Positions 18,110 to 27,580 of a stretch of DNA of 64,000 nucleotides are shown piece after piece. The stretch's first letter is position 1. Each line of letters starts with the position of its first letter. The DNA is from Treponemataceae bacterium (lineage in GTDB: Bacteria > Spirochaetota > Spirochaetia > Treponematales > Rectinemataceae). Below the pieces are notes generated by a model. The model worked only from the letters and a program-made list of their open reading frames with translations, was not told the DNA's origin and ran no database searches. The stretch covers positions 256,001-320,000 of the forward strand of contig CAXXVZ010000004.1 in the NCBI GenBank assembly GCA_963678065.2, written 5' to 3'. The position numbers were made by a program, and so were the translations under genes.

Positions 18110-20452
18110 TCAGCCGAGGTCGCGGAATGCTGCGGGCGCCACTCCCTCATAGCGCTTGAAAGCCCTCGCCAGGGTGATCCGGCTCCCGCAGCCGACTTTC
18201 CCGGCGATTTCCTCGATGCTCAGTCTGCCTTCCCGTATGAGGGCCTCGGCCTCCCTGACACGGAGGATGTGGATGTAGTCCAGGAGTCCTACCCCGGCAT
18301 CCCTCTTGAAGGTGCGCGACAGATGGGGCAGGCTGACTCCGAAGCGATCGGCGATCGAGTTCACGCTGAGATTGCGGTCGCGGAAATTCTCCTCGACATA
18401 CCTGGCCACCGCGTCTTTCAGATTGACGGCGGGATCGGTCTTTCTTTCGCGGAAGTGCGATTCGAGCCTGATGAAAATTTCATCCACCTGCCGCTGCAGT
18501 TCAGGGATCGATTTCACGCGCGAGAGGCGGTCGACAGGATTCAGCTCCTCCATGAATCCCGGATTCAGGGAGGGACGGAGTTCGAACAGGATTTCCGACA
18601 CCATGTTCATCACGCCCGACATGCGCAATTTCGCCACCTGCAGGGACATTCCATTCTCCCCGGGCCCGCTCGCGAGGTAGCGGCGGACCTCGGTGGCCAC
18701 GGCGGGAAAGTCTTCGGCGTAGGCCCGTTCGGCGATCAGACGGTGGAGGGCGAGGCTTCCGCCGGGCGAGGTCACGGGACCCGTCATGTCGACGCTGTCG
18801 GCCAGGATGGTGACGTTCTTCTTCTCGAACAGGCCTATGGATTCGACGATCCTGTCGACTTCGGCGGCGGCGAGGGGCAAGGCCGAGAGGGTTTCGTAGA
18901 CGGCGCTCACGGCGAAGGAAAGCCCGATGTCGAACTTGTCGCGGAACAGGGCCCGGACTTTCACGGCGATCGTCACCATCTCGTCCATGGTCTCTTCCCA
19001 TCCCGGATCGGAGTCCTTCGTGACAGAAAGGTCGACCAGGCACATCGTCACGCCTTCGACATCCGTCGCGTAGGCGCGGTGGCGCTCCCCTGCGAGTTCC
19101 TCGAGAACACTCCGCAGCATGTACCCCACGAGGGCCACGGCGTCGGACTCTCCGGGCGGGCTCTGGCCCTCGATGGTCGCTCCCCTCTCATCGACGAGGA
19201 CCGCGATGAGGAGGAAATTTTCGGTGGGAAAAGCGATGCCGCATGCCGCGCAGGACTCGAGCAGGCTCGCCGTCTGGGAGGGGTGACTCCGGACAAGACG
19301 CGCGAGAAGGCTCCCGCGCACGGTCTCGTTCTGGCTGCGGATCGTCTCCTCGAGGTCCGCGTTTTCCTGGAGAAGCCGCTTGAGAGCCTCTTCCAGAAAG
19401 GGAAAATCCTTGCCGGCGCTCGTTTCGTCCCCGCCGAGCCGGTCGAGGAATATCTTCGTGAGGCGGCGGATCGGCGTATAGTTCTTCATCGCCATGAAAT
19501 ACGACAGCAGGAAACCGCCCGTGAGGCAGAAAATGACATAGCCCAGCATCACCCGCCTGATGAAGACGATGCTGCGCTTGTAGATGTCGGCGGGGATCAG
19601 GCTGACGTACCGGAGATCGGCCGCGTCGGAGCCTATTCCCGCCATGATATGGCGTTCCCCGCCGAGTCTCTTCTCGCGCATGCCGTACTGTTTCGACAGT
19701 GAACCGTATGCCAGCCAGGCCGGAGGGCTCGATCCGTCAGGGTCGCTGCGGAAGATGCCGTCGGGGGCCGAGATGACGAGCTTCGCGCGGCTGTTCCACC
19801 GCACCGTGTCCAGGAGTTCCGAAAGATTGCGGCCGTCGATCTTGATGGCCAGAACCGCGGGGACGCGGTCGATCCCCTCGAGGATGAATTTCTGCGTGAA
19901 CACGAACGAAGGGTTGACAGCCGGGCTTGAGGGCCGCAGCGCGAGGATGCGACGGTATCGTCCCGACCTGAGCATCGCTTCCCACTCCGACATCGGCATG
20001 CCGAAGCTCGTTCCCGCCGTCAGCTCGAATTCGTCCCCCTTGTAGCGGCTGACGTCCGAGAGCACATAGCCCGTTTTCGGAAGATACAGGTAGATGCCCT
20101 CGATGAAGGAATTGACCAGCTTGGCCTGCTGCAGAAGGTTCTGGACCTCCTTCATGGACATCCGCTGGAAGGGCGAGACCGGAGGGTTGGCGATCGCGAC
20201 GGATTGGACTTTCTCGTTGATCGAGAGCTGATCGGCCGTGATGAAGAGTTCCTTGAGTTTCGCATCGACGACTTGTCTCAGCAGCATCAGGGATGCCTTG
20301 TTGGCCTGCTCGGTCTCTTTCGCGATCATCGAGACGGAGGCGATGTAGATCATGAAGCTCACGGCGAGCGGCGCGAGGAAGAGAAGGGAGTAGGAGACCA
20401 GGAGATTGCGGAATGTCTGGAGTGTGAAGAGGAAAAAATTGCGCTTCTGCAT
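18110..20452 (-). CDS. Large membrane-anchored AraC-family regulator (YesS-like, extracytoplasmic sensor)
   Basis: Two TM helices flank a sensor domain; C-terminal HTH (HLSRTFKR...RAFKRYEGVAPAAFR); 780 aa; upstream of the sugar ABC genes on the same strand. Confidence 0.88.
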   Translation of the reverse strand: MQKRNFFLFTLQTFRNLLVSYSLLFLAPLAVSFMIYIASVSMIAKETEQANKASLMLLRQVVDAKLKELFITADQLSINEKVQSVAIANPPVSPFQRMSMKEVQNLLQQAKLVNSFIEGIYLYLPKTGYVLSDVSRYKGDEFELTAGTSFGMPMSEWEAMLRSGRYRRILALRPSSPAVNPSFVFTQKFILEGIDRVPAVLAIKIDGRNLSELLDTVRWNSRAKLVISAPDGIFRSDPDGSSPPAWLAYGSLSKQYGMREKRLGGERHIMAGIGSDAADLRYVSLIPADIYKRSIVFIRRVMLGYVIFCLTGGFLLSYFMAMKNYTPIRRLTKIFLDRLGGDETSAGKDFPFLEEALKRLLQENADLEETIRSQNETVRGSLLARLVRSHPSQTASLLESCAACGIAFPTENFLLIAVLVDERGATIEGQSPPGESDAVALVGYMLRSVLEELAGERHRAYATDVEGVTMCLVDLSVTKDSDPGWEETMDEMVTIAVKVRALFRDKFDIGLSFAVSAVYETLSALPLAAAEVDRIVESIGLFEKKNVTILADSVDMTGPVTSPGGSLALHRLIAERAYAEDFPAVATEVRRYLASGPGENGMSLQVAKLRMSGVMNMVSEILFELRPSLNPGFMEELNPVDRLSRVKSIPELQRQVDEIFIRLESHFRERKTDPAVNLKDAVARYVEENFRDRNLSVNSIADRFGVSLPHLSRTFKRDAGVGLLDYIHILRVREAEALIREGRLSIEEIAGKVGCGSRITLARAFKRYEGVAPAAFRDLG

Positions 20453-20515
20453 TGTCTCAATCCTGCCCCGGGGCCAATCCTAACCGTCCGGCGGCCCGCC
20501 CGCAAGCTTTTAGTT

Positions 20516-20851
20516 TCACGCGGAGTCGACGCCGGCATCCGCGTCCCGGTCCGGAATCCCGATTCCCAGAAGCGCCGAAGCGAGGCTCTTGCCGTGCGCG
20601 TCGATCGCCAGGGATCGGGTCACGCCGCCGCCCAGCGCCTTCTTCATGACAAAATTCAGCGCGCCGAGTTTCGGAAGCTCGTAGCGGACAACCTCACCTT
20701 CGACGATCCCGGAGAACCACTTTCGGACTCTGTCTGCGGTGAGGAATTCCGCGATGCGGAGGTAGTCCGCCATGTCGAAGGCGATGACCGAGATGTTCGA
20801 AATGTCGCCCTTGTCGCCAGCCCTGGCGTGGGCGATTTCTCTGAGTATCAC
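20516..20851 (-). CDS. AtuA-related small ferredoxin-fold protein
   Basis: LREIAHARAGDKGD...VVRYELP...ALGGGVTRSLAIDAHGK motif; overlaps the AtuA gene stop. Confidence 0.85.
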   Translation of the reverse strand: MILREIAHARAGDKGDISNISVIAFDMADYLRIAEFLTADRVRKWFSGIVEGEVVRYELPKLGALNFVMKKALGGGVTRSLAIDAHGKSLASALLGIGIPDRDADAGVDSA

Positions 20852-22236
20852 TTTGATCCCCTTCCCGCGCGGACTTCCCCGCAGTGCGCCGCGATCGCGA
20901 CATCATTCCTGTCGATGAAGATGGAGGCCACGGAGATAACGTCCCGCAGGTATTTCCGCGCGCCTCCTCCGCCCGACGGACCGTTCAGATAGAGCGCCTC
21001 GACCTCGTTGCCTATTCTTTCCGCGTCGCGCCTGTCCGCGGCCCGCGCAGCGACGCGGAGACGGACCTCGCAGGGTCCCCGGACCCCGCCGTCCGACCGG
21101 GCGCACAGGCGCTCTCCCAGTCGGTCCCCGTAGAGTGAGTCGACCCCCATATGCTCGATCCGCAGCTCCTCAAGCGGGATGCCGAGATGCTCAAGCCGCC
21201 TGCGCACGACGGAGCCGGCGAGCGCGGCGCGCTCCCGGGCTCCGGGCCCGCCGTAGCTGATCTCGCCCTCGCCGATGAAGCCGTCCGAGTAGCCGACGCT
21301 GACTTTCAATAGCCCGCTCCCCGCCTTCCCCGTCGCCCCCCGCACGCGGACCCTGTCCTTGCCGGCCTGATCGACCGTGACGCCCCTGTAGTCGGCGACA
21401 CCGTCCGGCGTGTGGTAGTTCGCAGGATCGTGGATCTCATAGATGATCTGCTCCTTGCAGGTGGCGGGAGAGACGAGTCCCCCGCTTCCCTCCAGCTTGG
21501 TGATGACGAAATCGCCGCTCTCGTCGACCTCCGCGATGGGAAATCCTACGTTCCAGAGCTCGGGCACTTCCTTCCAGCCCGGGTCCGCGAAGTATCCGCC
21601 CGTCACCTGGGAGGAGCATTCCAGCATGTGACCTGCCAGGATTCCTTTCCCGATCCGCTCATAGTCATCCGGATTCCAGCCGAATCCGTACATCAGCGGA
21701 GCGAGGAAGAGCGAGGGGTCGGCTATCCTGCCGCCTATGACTATGTCCGCCCCCTGGCGGAGCGCATCGACTATGCCCAAGGAGCCGATGTAGGCGTTTG
21801 CCGATATGATGCGGGAGGCGATACTCTCGAGCCTCTCGCCCGTCTCGAGGATTTCGTTCCCGAGATAGCGGTCTATCCTCCCAAGAACATCGTCTCCCGT
21901 GATGGCGGCGACCCGGAATCCTTCCATGCCCAGCCCGGCGGCCATCGCGCGCACGAGCCCGGCCGCGGCAAGGGGATTCGCCGCCCCCATGTTGGTGATG
22001 ACGCGGACCCTGCGATCGCGCAGAAGAGGGAGCATCCGCTCCATCCGATATTCCAGCAGTTCGTTGTAGCCGGTGGAGGGATCCTTCAGTTTCTGCCGCT
22101 GCGCCAGGGCGATCGTCCTCTCCGCGAGACATTCGAAGCCGATGTAATCGAGATCGCCCCTTTCGATAAGATCCAGGGCAGGCTCGATCCTGTCTCCGCC
22201 GTAGCCCGCGCCCGAACCGATTCTGAGTGTCTTCAC
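20848..22236 (-). CDS. Acyclic terpene utilization AtuA family protein (DUF1446)
   Basis: RIGSGAGYGGDR, FECLAERT, ITNMGAANP, GHMLEC, EQIIYEIHDP; GTG start at 22236 with GAGGAG RBS. Confidence 0.9.
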   Translation of the reverse strand: MKTLRIGSGAGYGGDRIEPALDLIERGDLDYIGFECLAERTIALAQRQKLKDPSTGYNELLEYRMERMLPLLRDRRVRVITNMGAANPLAAAGLVRAMAAGLGMEGFRVAAITGDDVLGRIDRYLGNEILETGERLESIASRIISANAYIGSLGIVDALRQGADIVIGGRIADPSLFLAPLMYGFGWNPDDYERIGKGILAGHMLECSSQVTGGYFADPGWKEVPELWNVGFPIAEVDESGDFVITKLEGSGGLVSPATCKEQIIYEIHDPANYHTPDGVADYRGVTVDQAGKDRVRVRGATGKAGSGLLKVSVGYSDGFIGEGEISYGGPGARERAALAGSVVRRRLEHLGIPLEELRIEHMGVDSLYGDRLGERLCARSDGGVRGPCEVRLRVAARAADRRDAERIGNEVEALYLNGPSGGGGARKYLRDVISVASIFIDRNDVAIAAHCGEVRAGRGSK

Positions 22237-22305
22237 ACTGTCTCTCCTCGCGATATTTTCAGGGGAATTATCATATTCGTCCAATATATTTTTCTGATCA
22301 AACTA

Positions 22306-22320
22306 ATATGTTTGAAGTAT
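22306..22320. promoter_or_regulatory. Putative LysR recognition box
   Basis: ATA-N9-TAT (T-N11-A) in the AT-rich spacer between divergent atuA-like and LysR genes. Confidence 0.45.
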
Positions 22321-22373
22321 AATTTGAAGAATCTTCCGACAGACTGTCGCGGGATCGGAGATGGAGGCAGAGA

Positions 22374-23258
22374 ATGGAACTCAGGCATTGCAGGTATTTC
22401 ATCGCCGTGGCCGAAGAGCTGAGCTTCACAAAGGCCGCCGGCCGCCTCGGCATATCCCAGCCGCCGCTCAGCCAGCAGATCCGGAGTCTGGAAGAGGAAA
22501 TCGGGGTGCCGCTCTTTGTCCGGACCAAGCGCTCGGTGAGACTGACGGAGGCAGGGCGTCATTTTCTCGAGAAAGCATACCGAATACTCGGGGAGACGGA
22601 TCGAGCCGTGCAGGCGGCCAGGAGGGCGTCCCGGGGCGAGATCGGCGATCTGACGGTAGGCTTCGTCGCCTCCGCCGCCTTCGATTTTCTGCCGAGGGTC
22701 GTCGCGCAGTTCATGGCCCGGTACCCCGACGCGAAGCTGGAGTTGCGCGATCTTACAACGGTCGAACAGCTCCGGGATCTGGCGGAGGGCAGGATCGAAC
22801 TCGGCCTGATGAGGCCGCCGGTGGACGATCCGGAACTCCGGCAGGAACCCGTGATCCGGGAAGAGTTCGTGGCTGTCCTGCCTTCGAACCATCGGCTGGG
22901 ATCGCTCGCGTCGGTCGATCTCCGCTCTCTGGCCGAAGAATCCTTCATAATGGTTCCGGGCCGGGTGGCGCCCGGGCTGCGCTCCCAGACGGAACGTATA
23001 TGCCGCTTTGCGGGATTCGAGCCGCGAGTGCGTCTCGAGGTGGGGCAGCTCGATCTGGCGGTGAGCTTCGCGGCGGCGGGATTCGGCGTGGCCCTGCTGC
23101 CCGCTTCCATAGCCCTGTTCCGGCACGCGGGTGTCCTCTTCCGCCCGCTTGCAGGCCTCGCGGAGCGGGCGGAAATCGTGGCGGTATGGAAGCCCGGGGA
23201 GGAGTCCCCTACCCTGGTCAACTTCATGGAGATGGCGAGGTCCGCGGCGAAGCTCTGA
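22374..23258 (+). CDS. LysR-family transcriptional regulator
   Basis: MELRHCRYFIAVAEELSFTKAA...SQPPLSQQIRSLEEE..LFVRTKRSVRLTEAG. Confidence 0.97.
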   Translation: MELRHCRYFIAVAEELSFTKAAGRLGISQPPLSQQIRSLEEEIGVPLFVRTKRSVRLTEAGRHFLEKAYRILGETDRAVQAARRASRGEIGDLTVGFVASAAFDFLPRVVAQFMARYPDAKLELRDLTTVEQLRDLAEGRIELGLMRPPVDDPELRQEPVIREEFVAVLPSNHRLGSLASVDLRSLAEESFIMVPGRVAPGLRSQTERICRFAGFEPRVRLEVGQLDLAVSFAAAGFGVALLPASIALFRHAGVLFRPLAGLAERAEIVAVWKPGEESPTLVNFMEMARSAAKL

Positions 23259-23279
23259 TTCGCAGGCGGGTCCATACCC
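23255..23279 (+). repeat. Short repeat family, copy 2
   Basis: cTGAttcgcaggcgggtccataccc, identical (25/25) to 63371-63395; overlaps the LysR stop codon. Confidence 0.85.
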
Positions 23280-23323
23280 CTCAGGATGTCGGAAAAATCG
23301 CTTTCAAGCCCCCGGAGGCGCCG

Positions 23324-23998
23324 CTAAAGGCAGGCTATCGGCGCGAGCTCCGGCAAACTGGCTTCGTAGCGGGTTTCAAGAAGATAGCGGGCGAGGTCGA
23401 AGACGGGCGCGCGGGCCCTGCACACGATGCCGGAATCCGATGTGGCGATGGCATCCCCCTCCCACGACGCGACGGGGCCATCCGCGCTGTGCACGAGGAA
23501 CACCTCGCCCTCGATTCCGCGGGCGGCGAGGAGCCCCCTCAGGGCGAGAGCGTGGGACGCGCTCCGGGAGACGGGTTCGTCGATATAGATGGCGGCGTAG
23601 GCGACGGCGAGCCGGGCAAGAGTCTCGCAGAGCCGGCTGGCCACATCGAGGAACTGGGACGAGTCCGCCACGCGTCCGTGGGCTCCGCCCGCGTCGCGGA
23701 GAAAGCCGTCGGTTGAGATGAACAGGGGATGTCCGCGCAGATAGTTCATCACGGTGAAAAGAACGTTGTAGCCGTCGATTGCGATGCGCGATCCGGCCGG
23801 CAATGTGGAGACGAGGCGCGTGGCGTTCCGGACAGAGACATCGCCCGGCATGATCCCGCGGAAAAGAACCATGCGCTCGGTCTTGCCCAGACGGTACCGA
23901 TCGCCGACGAGCTTGAGACTCGCCGCGAGGGGGTAGCCTCTGTCGAGGAGAAGGCGGTAGTCGCGCGCCGCCCGCACGAAATCTTCGGAAAACATCAT
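23324..23998 (-). CDS. DUF434-domain protein with PIN-like C-terminal part
   Basis: LLLDRGYP..SLKLVGDRYRL; IDGYNVL..DGFLRD..TSDSGI acidic PIN-like motifs. Confidence 0.75.
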   Translation of the reverse strand: MMFSEDFVRAARDYRLLLDRGYPLAASLKLVGDRYRLGKTERMVLFRGIMPGDVSVRNATRLVSTLPAGSRIAIDGYNVLFTVMNYLRGHPLFISTDGFLRDAGGAHGRVADSSQFLDVASRLCETLARLAVAYAAIYIDEPVSRSASHALALRGLLAARGIEGEVFLVHSADGPVASWEGDAIATSDSGIVCRARAPVFDLARYLLETRYEASLPELAPIACL

Positions 23999-24090
23999 GC
24001 AGGTCCTCTCCGCACAGCGGGAAAAAGGGGACTGCCGAGGAATTGCTTCCCCGGCAGTCCCCCTGGGAGCGATCGATCACATGAGGCCGA

Positions 24091-25287
24091 TCACCACTGG
24101 GGAGGATAGAAGGTGGCGACGTCCTTGGCGGTGATGATGTGCTGGGGCAGGTTGCGGCGGACCTCGACGGCCAGGCCGTTGAACCAGTCGGAGGCGGTCT
24201 TCACGGCGAGGGCGCCGTCGCCTTCGGCGGTCTGGTAGGTGATGGCGAAGAGCCTTCCGTCCTTGACCTGGTCCATGCCGATCTTGGAGTTGCCGGCGGC
24301 CACGACGACGACGTCCGAGCGTCCGGCCTTCTTGAGGGCCTCGGCGATGCCGAGGGCCTGGGCGGAGTCATCGGCGGCGAAGACGCCCTTCAGCTTGGGA
24401 CCGAAGCGGGTGAGCCAGTCGGAGACGAGCTGCATGGTCTTGTCGGCTTCGAAGCCGGGAGCCTGCTTGTCGAGGGTCTTGATCTCGGGGGCGTAGGTGG
24501 CCAGCTCGGAGATGGGGCCGAAGCAGCGGGCGAAGTAGGGCGAGCCGCCGGGGGCGTGCTGGACGTAGGCGACGCCGATTTCCGCGGCGCCGGGGTTGCG
24601 GCGGCGGAGCTCGTCGGCGAATACCCTGGAGAGGAGGCGCATCTGGCCGAAATCATCCGGGCCGGTCCAGGCGATGGCGTAGTTCATGGCCTCGGCTTCG
24701 GGGAGGGTGTTGAAGAGGATGAGGGGAATGCCGGCCTGGTTGATCTTGCGCGCCTGCTGGGGAGCGGTCTTGGCGTCGAGCGGGATGAGGAGGATCATGT
24801 CGGGCCTCTCGTTGATGGCCTGATCGATCATCTGGTTCTGGACCGCGAGGTCCCAGTTCGGAGAGAGGGCCTTGAAGCTCATCTTGTAGGCGTCGGCGAC
24901 TTTCTTGGCGCCCAGGGTGCAGGCCGTGGTCCAGGGATGGTCGCCGTGGACGATGAAGATCACTTTCTTCCCGATGGCGCCGTCGGCGGGGGACTTGGGA
25001 ATGTTCACTTTCTTGGTGTTCCAGCCGGCCCACTCCATGTCGTACCAGTGCATGGGATCGGTTTCGGGCAGGGAATCGGCGTTGGCGGGACGGACGGGAA
25101 CCTTGCGGTTGTCCGTGGAAGCCTTGAGAAGGGACTGGGTGTCGGCGGCCTTGAGCACGCTCGTGTCGACCTTGAGGGAAGCTGCGAGATTGGCTTTCTG
25201 GGCCGCACTGAGATTCTGCGCGAATCCCGTGGCCGCGACGACCATCATGAGGGCGATGGCGGCGAGGGCGATGAGAGATTTCTTCAT
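24091..25287 (-). CDS. Monosaccharide ABC transporter substrate-binding protein (RbsB-like, CUT2)
   Basis: Signal peptide; QNQMIDQAINERPD, INQAGIPLILFN, GVFAADDSAQALG; AGGAGG RBS. Confidence 0.9.
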   Translation of the reverse strand: MKKSLIALAAIALMMVVAATGFAQNLSAAQKANLAASLKVDTSVLKAADTQSLLKASTDNRKVPVRPANADSLPETDPMHWYDMEWAGWNTKKVNIPKSPADGAIGKKVIFIVHGDHPWTTACTLGAKKVADAYKMSFKALSPNWDLAVQNQMIDQAINERPDMILLIPLDAKTAPQQARKINQAGIPLILFNTLPEAEAMNYAIAWTGPDDFGQMRLLSRVFADELRRRNPGAAEIGVAYVQHAPGGSPYFARCFGPISELATYAPEIKTLDKQAPGFEADKTMQLVSDWLTRFGPKLKGVFAADDSAQALGIAEALKKAGRSDVVVVAAGNSKIGMDQVKDGRLFAITYQTAEGDGALAVKTASDWFNGLAVEVRRNLPQHIITAKDVATFYPPQW

Positions 25288-25416
25288 CCGAATGCCTCCT
25301 GGAAAAGTGATGTTCCTCCCGGTATCACACCCGACGGGCGATCCGGTTATGGAATCCGAACGGTATCGCGGGTCCTGCGGAGAGGTGGATACCCACCCAC
25401 CCGCGAAAATCCGCGT

Positions 25417-26436
25417 TCAGGCCCTCGGCCGCGTCTCCAGCTCCTTCATGAGCTGGGGTCTGCGTCCGAGGGTCCGCTCGTGCTTGTAGAGGACATAGGC
25501 CTCGTAGAGCACGACGAGGGCGAGGATGAGTCCCGCGAAGAATATCTTCACCTCGTTTCCGAGGCCGAAGAGAATGATCCCTGTGTACAGCATTTCGAGA
25601 GAGAGGATGGCCACGACGGTCTTGAGCACGCCGCCCTTGCCCCCCGCCATCGAAGTGCCGCCGATTATGGTCGCGGAGATGACGTACATGAGGGACTGGT
25701 CGCCGAGCTTCAGGGTGGCGGCGCTCGATTCCATCGCGAAGAATATCCCGCCGATCGCGGCCATCGCTCCTGAGAGAACGAAGGCTCCGATCGTGTAGTT
25801 GTCGGTCTTGATGCCGGCGAGCCAGGCTGTGTTCCTGTTTCCTCCGACGAGGTAGAAATTGCGGCCGGTCCGCGTCTTTCGGAGGAATACCTCGGCGAGA
25901 ATCACGAACAGGGCCGTTATGAGCACGCGGGGGGTCACGAGGGGGAGGAGCATCTTCGCGAGGAAGTCCGAGACCGCGAAGGCGTCCTCGGAGGAGAGGC
26001 TCACGGAGTTGCCCCCCGTGAACTGGTAGATGGCGCCCTGGAGAATCGTCATCGTGCCGAGGGTGACGATGAAGGAATTGATTTTCGCCTTGGCCACGAG
26101 AAGGCCATTCACGAGACCGACCAAGGCGCCTGCCGCGATCGCGAGGGGGACAGAGCCGAAGTAGCCGAGTTGCTCCTTCATGCCGAGGCCGATGACGCCC
26201 GCGAAGGTGATGACCGTGCCGATCGAGAGGTCGAGCTGGCCGCAGATCATGACGATCGTGAATCCGATCGCGACGCAGGCGTTCATGCCCACCGAGCGCA
26301 TGATGGTGGTCAGGTTGAATACGTTGAAGAACTTCGGAGCGAAGAGCGACATGAACGCGAAGACCGCGATGAAGAGGATGAAGATCCTGTACTTGTCTCC
26401 CCAGGAGAGGAGTTTGCTTTTGTCTATTTTACGCAT
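25417..26436 (-). CDS. Monosaccharide ABC transporter permease (RbsC-like)
   Basis: GQLDLSIG, INSFIVTLGTM, GGNRNTAWLAGI, IIGGTSMAGGKG. Confidence 0.93.
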   Translation of the reverse strand: MRKIDKSKLLSWGDKYRIFILFIAVFAFMSLFAPKFFNVFNLTTIMRSVGMNACVAIGFTIVMICGQLDLSIGTVITFAGVIGLGMKEQLGYFGSVPLAIAAGALVGLVNGLLVAKAKINSFIVTLGTMTILQGAIYQFTGGNSVSLSSEDAFAVSDFLAKMLLPLVTPRVLITALFVILAEVFLRKTRTGRNFYLVGGNRNTAWLAGIKTDNYTIGAFVLSGAMAAIGGIFFAMESSAATLKLGDQSLMYVISATIIGGTSMAGGKGGVLKTVVAILSLEMLYTGIILFGLGNEVKIFFAGLILALVVLYEAYVLYKHERTLGRRPQLMKELETRPRA

Positions 26437-27580
26437 CGTCGCGCCCCAGGCTTCGCAAGGATTTGGCATTGATTCCGACGACGATGATGAAGATGGCGCC
26501 GCGTATCATGTCCTGTGAGAATGTCCCGATACCGAGAAGGGTCATGATGTTGTTCATCATGCCGATGACGAGGGCGCCGCCGAGGACGCCTACGATGGAG
26601 CCGCGGCCGCCCGCGAGGGTCATGCCGCCGATGACGATGGCGGTGACCGCCTTGAAGTCGTAGCCAGCGCCGTTGTACCAGGCTCCGACGCGTCCGAGCG
26701 AGGTCACCGTGAGTCCGCCTATCGTCGCCGCGAAGGCGGAGATGACGAAGGCCGCGCCTATGATCCTCTCGACGTTGATGCCCGAATATTTGGCCGTCCG
26801 TTTGGCCGAGCCCGTCAGCTTGAGGCGCGCGCCGAAGACGGTCTTTCCGAGCACGAATTGTCCCGCGACGACCATGGCGACGAGCATGATGACGGGGAGA
26901 CCGACGATGTCGAATAACCTGTAGCGGAAAATGCCGTCGAACATCCTGTTGGTCCACTCGCTCGCGCCCGTCATGTCGGGGTAGATCTGCTTGTTGACCC
27001 AGACGAGGCGGATTACGCCCATGGTCACGTAGTTCATCGCGAGGGTCCAGATGATGGGGTTCGCGCCGAACTTGCCTACGACGAGGCCGTTCACGAGACC
27101 GATGAAGAGGCCGACCGCGAGGGCGAGGGCTATGGCGGGCCAGAAGCCGTATTTCAGCATCTGGATGCAGACGATGCCGGTGAGGGCCATCGTCGTCGGG
27201 ACGGACATGTCGGAGAAGTTGCCCGAATACGTGACGAAGGCGATGCCGACGGCGACGATGCCGAGCATGGCCACTGCGTCGACGATGTTCATCATGTTCT
27301 GTGCGGACAGGAATCCCCGGATAACGCCCGTCGCCTGGAGAACACCGCCCAGCGCGAGGAAGAGGATCGCGATGCCGTATATGCCGGCCGTGCTGACGAT
27401 CCTTCCCATGCGGTTCGAACCCGTGGAGCGCAGATCCACTGCGCCCGGGGCCGCCGCGCCGGCCGGCGCGGCCTTCGCCTTTGCCGGCGCGGCCTTTGTC
27501 TTCGCCTTTGCCGGCGCGGCCTTTGTCTTCGCCTTCGCCGCCCTGCCCCGCGAGGCACCAGAGGAGGTTTTTGCAGCCAT
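26429..27580 (-). CDS. Monosaccharide ABC transporter permease with Ala/Lys-rich repetitive N-terminal tail
   Basis: AKYSGINV, AIVIGGMTLAGGRGS; ATG at 27580 coupled to the ATPase stop. Confidence 0.9.
   Translation of the reverse strand: MAAKTSSGASRGRAAKAKTKAAPAKAKTKAAPAKAKAAPAGAAAPGAVDLRSTGSNRMGRIVSTAGIYGIAILFLALGGVLQATGVIRGFLSAQNMMNIVDAVAMLGIVAVGIAFVTYSGNFSDMSVPTTMALTGIVCIQMLKYGFWPAIALALAVGLFIGLVNGLVVGKFGANPIIWTLAMNYVTMGVIRLVWVNKQIYPDMTGASEWTNRMFDGIFRYRLFDIVGLPVIMLVAMVVAGQFVLGKTVFGARLKLTGSAKRTAKYSGINVERIIGAAFVISAFAATIGGLTVTSLGRVGAWYNGAGYDFKAVTAIVIGGMTLAGGRGSIVGVLGGALVIGMMNNIMTLLGIGTFSQDMIRGAIFIIVVGINAKSLRSLGRDDA
27462..27535. repeat. 27-bp in-frame tandem repeat (2 perfect copies plus partials)
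   Basis: TTCGCCTTTGCCGGCGCGGCCTTTGTC at 27474-27500 and 27501-27527; encodes AKAKTKAAP repeats. Confidence 0.9.
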
